From assembly GCA_002722735.1 (NCBI GenBank), contig PBMR01000009.1, forward strand, positions 42,881-106,880: a stretch of DNA of 64,000 nucleotides, in the 5' to 3' direction. The notes beneath the pieces were generated by a model. The model worked only from the letters and a program-made list of their open reading frames with translations, had not been told where the DNA came from and searched no databases. A program made the position numbers and the translations under genes. Of the stretch, positions 63,559 to 64,000 are shown piece by piece; positions within the stretch are counted from its first letter, which is position 1; the number at the start of each line of letters is the position of its first letter. Origin of the DNA: Methanobacteriota archaeon (GTDB taxonomy: Archaea > Thermoplasmatota > Poseidoniia > Poseidoniales > Thalassarchaeaceae).

Positions 63559-64000
63559 ATGGGCGAAATGCTGCATAGGTTGCACGTTTCCAACTATTCA
63601 CCCGAGGAAGAGATTGCGAATGTCATCACACATGGGCTGGGAGTCATCCTCGCCGCGGTAGGCCTGTACTTCCTCGCTACCGAGGCGCACCTGACAGCCG
63701 ATCCGTGGAAACTGTGGTCTAGCGTGACTTTCGGCCTATGCATGTTCGCTTGCTACCTTTGCTCTACCCTGTATCATGCCGTTTCTAATCTTGAGTTGAA
63801 GGATAAGATGAGGATTGCCGATCACATTGGGATCTATCTGCTGATTGCTGGTTCCTACACCCCCTTCGTCCTCGTGAACCTCCACGGCTGGATTGGTTGG
63901 ACGTTCTTCATCCTCATCTGGGGTTGCGCTGTGTTAGGAATCATCATCAGAGTCACAAATCATCGAGTCCCGAACTATGTCTCAGCAGCGCCGTATCTCA
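63559..64000 (+). CDS. hemolysin III / PAQR-family membrane protein (3' end outside window)
   Basis: Hand translation from the ATG at 63559: MGEMLHRLHVSNYSPEEEIANVITHGLGVIL...STLYHAV.....MRIADHIGIYLLIAGSYTPF. The frame is open to the window edge. Confidence 0.8.
   Translation, partial: MGEMLHRLHVSNYSPEEEIANVITHGLGVILAAVGLYFLATEAHLTADPWKLWSSVTFGLCMFACYLCSTLYHAVSNLELKDKMRIADHIGIYLLIAGSYTPFVLVNLHGWIGWTFFILIWGCAVLGIIIRVTNHRVPNYVSAAPYL

Noticed and set aside
1-64000. CRISPR arrays, transposases, prophage or known defence-system genes (nucleases/ATPases in operons, TIR/Sir2 and similar)
   Set aside because: Reading both strands, I found no regularly spaced direct repeats and no such protein signatures. 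The EVE-domain, NUDIX, MazG-like and DEAD-box genes are each isolated among housekeeping genes and not arranged as a system.

Overview
Gene-dense chromosomal segment of roughly 90% coding sequence, from an archaeon. Archaeal information-processing markers are present: Kae1, ribosomal proteins eS17/eL31/eL39/eS19, aCPSF1, proteasome beta, the tRNA-splicing endonuclease EndA, SepF, ZPR1, a geranylgeranyl reductase, and an SRP RNA with helices 6 and 8. They are interleaved with many bacterial-type metabolic genes: PntAA/AB/B transhydrogenase, ThyA-FolA, a PlsC acyltransferase, class-2 DHODH, an RND/MMPL exporter and a ZIP transporter. By inference only, this mix fits uncultured planktonic marine Euryarchaeota (Marine Group II/III-like). 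I call about 70 CDS. Three genes are absent from the ORF track: one tRNA-Pro(UGG), one SRP (7S) RNA under three spurious ORFs, and the 51-codon eL39 gene. Coherent units include an RHH-folE-queE-queC-msrB-queD (preQ0/archaeosine precursor) operon, methylmalonyl-CoA mutase plus epimerase, a ribosomal-protein cluster, a pyrD(class 2)-pyrD(1B)-pyrK-ccmE string, pntAA-pntAB-pntB, thyA-folA, and a divergent ZIP/NikR-like pair. I found no CRISPR array, transposase, integrase, prophage or recognisable defence system. The window reads as core genome, not an accessory island. The most unusual items, all hypotheses from reading the sequence, are these. (1) A TatC-like translocase core is fused to a 7-Cys cytoplasmic tail, is start/stop-coupled to an exported membrane-anchored protein, and is followed by an M6-type metalloprotease. 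(2) An FMN-reductase / 58-codon two-TM ORF / PqqD-like operon has no visible maturase. (3) The conserved N-terminus of PntAB has no canonical start codon, which suggests CTGA coupling or a 1-nt frameshift in a G5 run. (4) Two DHODH classes sit in tandem with an orphan CXXXY-type CcmE. (5) msrB is embedded by 4-nt overlaps in the 7-deazaguanine operon, behind an RHH gene with a 16-bp palindrome. All family calls come from motif recognition by eye; no searches were run.
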